Origin: Sphaerodactylus townsendi
Taxonomy: Eukaryota
DNA: 64,000 nucleotides
NCBI RefSeq assembly: GCF_021028975.2
Contig: NC_059429.1
Coordinates: 100,750,001-100,814,000 of the forward strand
Direction of reading: 5' to 3'
Each line of letters opens with the position of its first letter. Within the stretch, counting starts at the first letter, position 1. Below the pieces are notes generated by a model. That model saw only the letters and a program-made list of their open reading frames with translations, was not told where the DNA came from and ran no database searches. A program made the translations under genes and the position numbers. This document shows, in pieces, positions 58,942 to 64,000 of this stretch.

Positions 58942-61900
58942 CTGCAAGAGGAGGGAAAAAAACAGTAAGAACACAATAAACCATTAAACCGGATAGCTCT
59001 ACTGAAATCATGCAGTAAGATGGGGCTTCCTTGCTCTTCATCTTCCCAGAGCTTCAAGAAGTGCAAAGTGAATGAGATGGTCATGTGGCTGAGAGAAGTC
59101 AAATCCAGATAAAGTGTCAGTGATGGTTGCTGGAAAAGCAACAGCTTTTAACAAATTCTACCATCAAGAATGTGCAACTTTTGACAAGAGACAAACCTGG
59201 GAAACTTGTTGGACCAAAAGGTGTCCATAACAGTGAAAAATGATGTTCCCCCAGCTGCGTCTAGTCCCGTGGTGGCAAACATCTGGAGTGCCATAGGTTC
59301 GCCACCACTGATCTAGTTGGTTCCCTGTTTCCAGATGCCTGATTTAACTGTCCTGGTACATGTTTCAGTCATCTCAGGCCTGAATTATTGTAACACACTG
59401 TACATGGGGCTGCCCTATAAGTCAGTCTGGAAGCTGCAGTGAGTGGAAAATGCAGCGTCCCATCTGTTATCAGGGCTAGCTGACAGGACCATAGCCCTCC
59501 TGTTCTCAGGCCCCTTCACTGGCTGATTAATTTCTAATTCGATGCAATCAGGTGTTGGTGTTCCCCTTTAAAGACCAGCATAACCTGACCCTGACACACT
59601 TGAAAGACTGCTGAGGGGAAATGGAGCTGCAGAATGGGAATATGCTGGGAGAGGAAACATCTATTATCAGTTACCCCACAATCTTCCAGAGAGCAGGCTT
59701 GGGCTTTTCCAGTGGCTGTCCCATGCCTCTAGACCAGCCCTGTGGGAGAGGTTAGTGAGGTTCTTACACACTTGGTAATACTGCATAACTATTAGATACA
59801 ATTAAAACTCAGAATGAAACCCTGAACAAAATTAACACTTGTGTTGCCCAGTAAACCATCTAAAATCTTCAAGTGAAAATATCTTGGTAAGCAATAACTG
59901 CGCCATCTACTGTTGACAAAAATCCTTCACAGAACATCAGCTTTTTGTCCCATGCTCACTCCTCATGCATTCAGTTTCAGGTCTCACCTCCACTTGATCA
60001 CAGCATCTACTCTGGACAGAGTTAAAACAGACAGCAGTAGCTAGAAGCTTGGTTAATGATATGAACATCTTAGCATATTAATAATATCCTGCCCCAAAAC
60101 TGTGGGTGATCTCAAAGATCTGATTATTGTGAAAGAACAGATCCCTCGGGAACGGATACCTTAAAACACATACTGACTGTTGTGGTATTACCCAGTGATG
60201 TAACCAATGATGAGCAAGAACCATTTCAGTCATAATAGTATGCGTGTATAAAGTGCTGTCAATTTGCAGCAAGGGGCTTTCAAGGCGAGTGAGAAGCCAT
60301 TGCCTTCCTAAGCAGAGTCTTCCTTGGAGGTCTCCCATCCAAGTACTGACCCTGCTTAGCTTTTGACAACTGACAAGACCAGGCCATATGCTGCCTTCCT
60401 TCCCAGGCACAGTACCAGAAAGTGGGTATTTCTTATTTATACAGAATTACACACTTGGAGACACATACTTCTAATATCTCTGTCACACACACACGAACTT
60501 TAACCCAGTGATATAAGTCAGATTATTAGTATGATTAAAAACTGGATTATTAAAAATCACTTTATAGAATACACAGCACAGTGCGTGAGCTACTTTTCTG
60601 ATGTGCAATGAAGGCCTGGTGATTTGAAATATACTCACATGATGAATGTGGTATAAGAGCAACTCCTAGATAAAACATCTACAATACACAGTCATTTACT
60701 GATTCAAGCTACTAAGAAGTTAATACTATATTCTCTATTGATGGAGAATATATCGAACTTAAACAGCATGCTTGTGAAAACTAATGCACTTTGAAATGTA
60801 GCACACACACATAAATATATATTTTTAAAAAAACCAAAGTGAAGGCTTTGGGTAAGCAAATAAAGATACTTTCTCACCGGATGTATACCCCGAAGATGCC
60901 CAATTCAGACACACATTCTGCTATTTTTAGTGGACTGTGAGCCCTCAGCAAATAATTCAGTGCAGGAAGAGGCTTTATCTTGTCCATGAGAATGTAAGAG
61001 GTTCTTTCAGGACTGTGTTTAATCTTCTCTAGAACTTTTTTGAGCTCAGCACCATAGAGATTGTTCCCTGACAACATAACAGCAGATAGAAGTTCAAATT
61101 ACCGCAAATTGAACAAATGGTCGATGCAGGTCTAACTGGTCCCTGGTCTACCTGCATTTAAAAGCAATGGGTAGACCTGGCTGCTGAAGGCCAAGTTGCC
61201 AGTTCCATCTTAACAGCTCTCCAAATGGCAGCAGGAAGTGGAACTACCTGGAGGAGGAGGAACAGTGGCTTCCTGCCTGCCAAAGGGGTGGCCAGGGCAC
61301 CTCCAGAGATGTGGCGCTCAGGGCACGTACCCTGGCTTGCCTCACCCTATATACACTAGTGAAAGCAGTCCTGAATATATGCTTACAATATGTCTTCTTA
61401 CATTTAGTAAGAAACCTATAACTAAGACTATTTTGACATTTCTTCACTTAGGCCAGGAAGAGGACAAATCTTTTCAACCTGAAGGTTTTTGCCCCCTTTG
61501 GAGGTTCTGAATCACTGACTAATGCTGTTTCTAGTACTGGCAGTTCAGTATCACTTCCTGCTTGCCCCTGTTTACATTTGCATGAGCCATCAATTCCAAT
61601 AGCCCTCTCTGCCATTCCACTGTCCTTCAGGGGCACTCAAACTGATTAACAAATTGCTTTTCTAAAGTATTGATCCATCAGCCCATGCTTCAGTCCAGCA
61701 AGCCAATATTCTTAATAAACTGCTAGGCAGCTTTAGGGCTGGGAGAAAAGCTCACATGGAGCAGATTTTAGTCCCTGGCTGCAATTTCCTAACTTCAGAG
61801 AGGTCACAAGCAGCAGTCTAGCACCCCTGCATTGTGCCTGTGCTAAGATCTCAGTCTCCCTAAATACCTTCCCAAGGTGTTGTAGGTCCCTATATTACTG

Positions 61901-63813
61901 TAAACTTTGGAAGCAAACTGGGAAAAAACCCAAAGCTGAAGGTCATGTAGTCTTTCCTTTTTTGCTTCATCAACAGAAATTACTTGTTACGAAGTGGGAT
62001 AAAATATCTGCCTTGAAAGATCTCTCCTTCCCCTTCCTTACGAGCAGAAGCAAGCAGATATCAAATGTGATGAAATAGGTAGGGGAACTCTAGTACTCAC
62101 ACCCCAACTTGCAAATAAATTGTTATAAAATAGCATCAGATTTCTGTAATCTTTTATCAGTTTAAATATTTGCAGCATGACATCAATATGGCTGGGGAAT
62201 GCTAATGAGATAGCCTGGTAGAGGCCTGTGGCTGACTGGAGATCATCTGGCCCATTCTGCTCCCACCAGGAATGGGAGGTTTCTGCAGGGAATGAGACAT
62301 GGAAGAGAGAGGGGGGAACTTCTTTGGTGTTTTTCTGAATCCTACCAGCACTGATGGGGATTGAAGGACATGAAACGAGCTGTGTTCCATTACTTCCTTC
62401 AGAAGGCTATGCCTGATGGAACCCACATTTAGTGGGGTGCAATGAAGGGTCCAGAGCATCCCCCAAAAGTTGTAGCTGTCCCTGTTCATACTAAATTTCA
62501 TTTGTGATATTCAATCATGTAGCATTTTTTTATACTCTGTCCAATTGCTTCTACAACTGAGATTATTCCTGTCTACTTCCATTCTTATAAAAAGAGGAAT
62601 GATCATCTGGATAAACCATAAGCATATCACAATAGAAGCTCCTATGTTCTGGTTAATAACACTCACTTCTTCAATTGGACCATTGCACTCATCTTCACAA
62701 AGAAAATCAATTACCTCCTCCCTCCCGCTGAGGTTTTAAAACAAACCGCTCTGGATCAGCTATGGCCATGGCAACCATCTTGTCACCTTCTTCATTCTGA
62801 GGAAAAATAAAAGACCCCTTGTTCTCAATACTATACACAGTAATAAGTTTATTGTCTTGGCCATAGGCCTTCACAATCTCCTCATACACAGCATCATAAA
62901 ATGAAAAGGTACACAATAAACACCCCATGTATACTGACTTAGCTGAAATAGACTAAATTAATACTATATAAATATCCCTATCAAGTAATACAACACAACA
63001 TCATTAAACCGTATTTAACCTGATTCTTTTTGCAGCATGAGCAAAAAGTGATTCTCAATTAGTAATATAATGGTGATCATCAGATAATAGACAGATCAGT
63101 TTCCCAGTGTTATTGGTGTCCCCTGCAATTGGAAGAAGTCCTTTAATATATTTGGATCTTATATTATCATAGAGAGGACACTCCAGATCATAGTGCAGAA
63201 TGTCCTCATCTGTGTCACTATCACAGATACATCTGTAGTTGGGTACTGGTACATTACTACATCGTGCACAATACACTGGCGTTGGTATGGCCTGGAGTCT
63301 CAAGTTGGTAAATGCCATTCTAAAGATATAAGTTGGCGAATTCTCTAAATATGGCGATCTAATATGGTCCTTCTCAAAAATATTTGAAGAAGGGGGCAAC
63401 TTTAGATTGATTGGTTCGATCTCTATCTACTGGTTTCCAACAACAAAATTCTATTTCACGATAAAGACAGTTTGCTAGACAAAACAATCCAATGTCGCAA
63501 TATACAGGAGACTATTTTAGGGACATAATTTATACTGTTTTCCTACTGTATTCGATCTTTGTAAACACACAGCACTGTAACAGGAATATACAGATGAACT
63601 AAGGAGAGGATTCCTTACCATTTCCAGAGAGTAGAGGCCAGTGAATGTTGCCCTTATTTGAGCCACTGCTTCAGGCTTATTAGGCAACAGCCTTTCCAGT
63701 GTTCCCGGTCGGCTCAACTCCTGTTGAACTTTTTTGGTTCCAGCAAGCTGTGTGGCAATATCAGGACACTTCACTGCTCTGGACCTTTCCAGCAACAACC
63801 GTGCTTCCCAGTT
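58818..63813 (-). CDS. GSS: Glutathione synthetase, last four coding exons (5' part lies beyond the window)
   Basis: complement(join(58818-58941,60878-61067,62715-62796,63619-63813)). Motifs [61 protein letters not shown]. Confidence 0.97.
59267..59310. mobile_element. 44-bp minimal hAT remnant
   Basis: ccgtggtggcaaac / gttcgccaccactg TIRs; TSD gtctagtc/atctagtt. Confidence 0.65.
59350..59760 (+). mobile_element. L2 LINE fragment
   Basis: Translates [33 protein letters not shown]...LHWL, matching the L2 RT C-terminus. Confidence 0.75.
60238..60390 (-). mobile_element. 5S rRNA-derived SINE (5S-Sauria-like)
   Basis: The - strand carries aagctaagcagggtc and agtacttggatgggagacc (5S internal promoter boxes), then a Sauria/BovB-like tail ttgacagcacttt. 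Confidence 0.7.
60878..61067 (-). CDS. GSS: GSS exon (GNNLYG...[10 protein letters not shown])
   Basis: 190 nt; gtcag| and |gtgaga. Confidence 0.96.
62715..62796 (-). CDS. GSS: GSS exon (NEEGDK...KPQREGG)
   Basis: 82 nt; cctcag| and |gtaatt. Confidence 0.96.
62990..63480 (-). mobile_element. Non-LTR retrotransposon ORF2 C-terminus with CCHC knuckle
   Basis: ORF 63399-63055: [26 protein letters not shown] (C-x-C...H...C.PxY..IR). Clade unresolved. Confidence 0.7.
63619..63813 (-). CDS. GSS: GSS exon (NWEARLL...GLYSLEM)
   Basis: 195 nt; acceptor ccctaag|, donor |gtaagg. Confidence 0.94.
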
Positions 63814-64000
63814 CTTAGGGCAAACAAAAGTAATTAACCTCAAACCAGTTTCCAATGTATGCATCTATTCTTTATTTAAGAGTTTTTAATCGGAACCATT
63901 ATGTATTTGATAACTGTACCATGACAGAGCAGAAACTAATAGTCACTACAAAATACTAAGTTCTTAATTACATATTGCAGAACACAAATTGCTCCAAAAG

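Noticed and set aside
60300-60385. 5S rRNA gene
   Set aside because: Deleted and diverged, and fused to a SINE tail; it is a 5S-derived SINE.

Overview
Vertebrate genomic DNA, most likely a lizard (probably a gecko, inferred from the SINE, Penelope and MITE repertoire). It holds the complete acetyl-CoA synthetase gene ACSS2 on the + strand: a CpG-island promoter, 18 constitutive coding exons from 4960 to 52183 (686 aa), and a 39-nt in-frame cassette exon at 36213-36251 (699 aa). Convergent with it are the last four coding exons of glutathione synthetase GSS on the - strand (63813 down to 58818). Most ORFs in the supplied track are spurious intronic frames. The introns carry many mobile elements: very young palindromic hAT MITEs, PIF/Harbinger MITEs, a 4.2-kb antisense LTR element with a truncated 5' LTR, a solo LTR, CR1/L2/L1-like fragments, SINEs, and Penelope-like pLTR fragments, one with an apparently intact minimal hammerhead ribozyme. 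The most unusual structure is in ACSS2 intron 6: a roughly 1-kb CpG-rich foldback of unknown, possibly foreign origin. It is flanked by 15-bp direct repeats, sits at a hairpin tip inside a Harbinger MITE, and has a hAT MITE at its axis. I see no clear evidence of a wholly new multi-gene system; the best leads are this foldback, the ribozyme-bearing elements and alternative ACSS2 exons. All coordinates and counts were read by hand.
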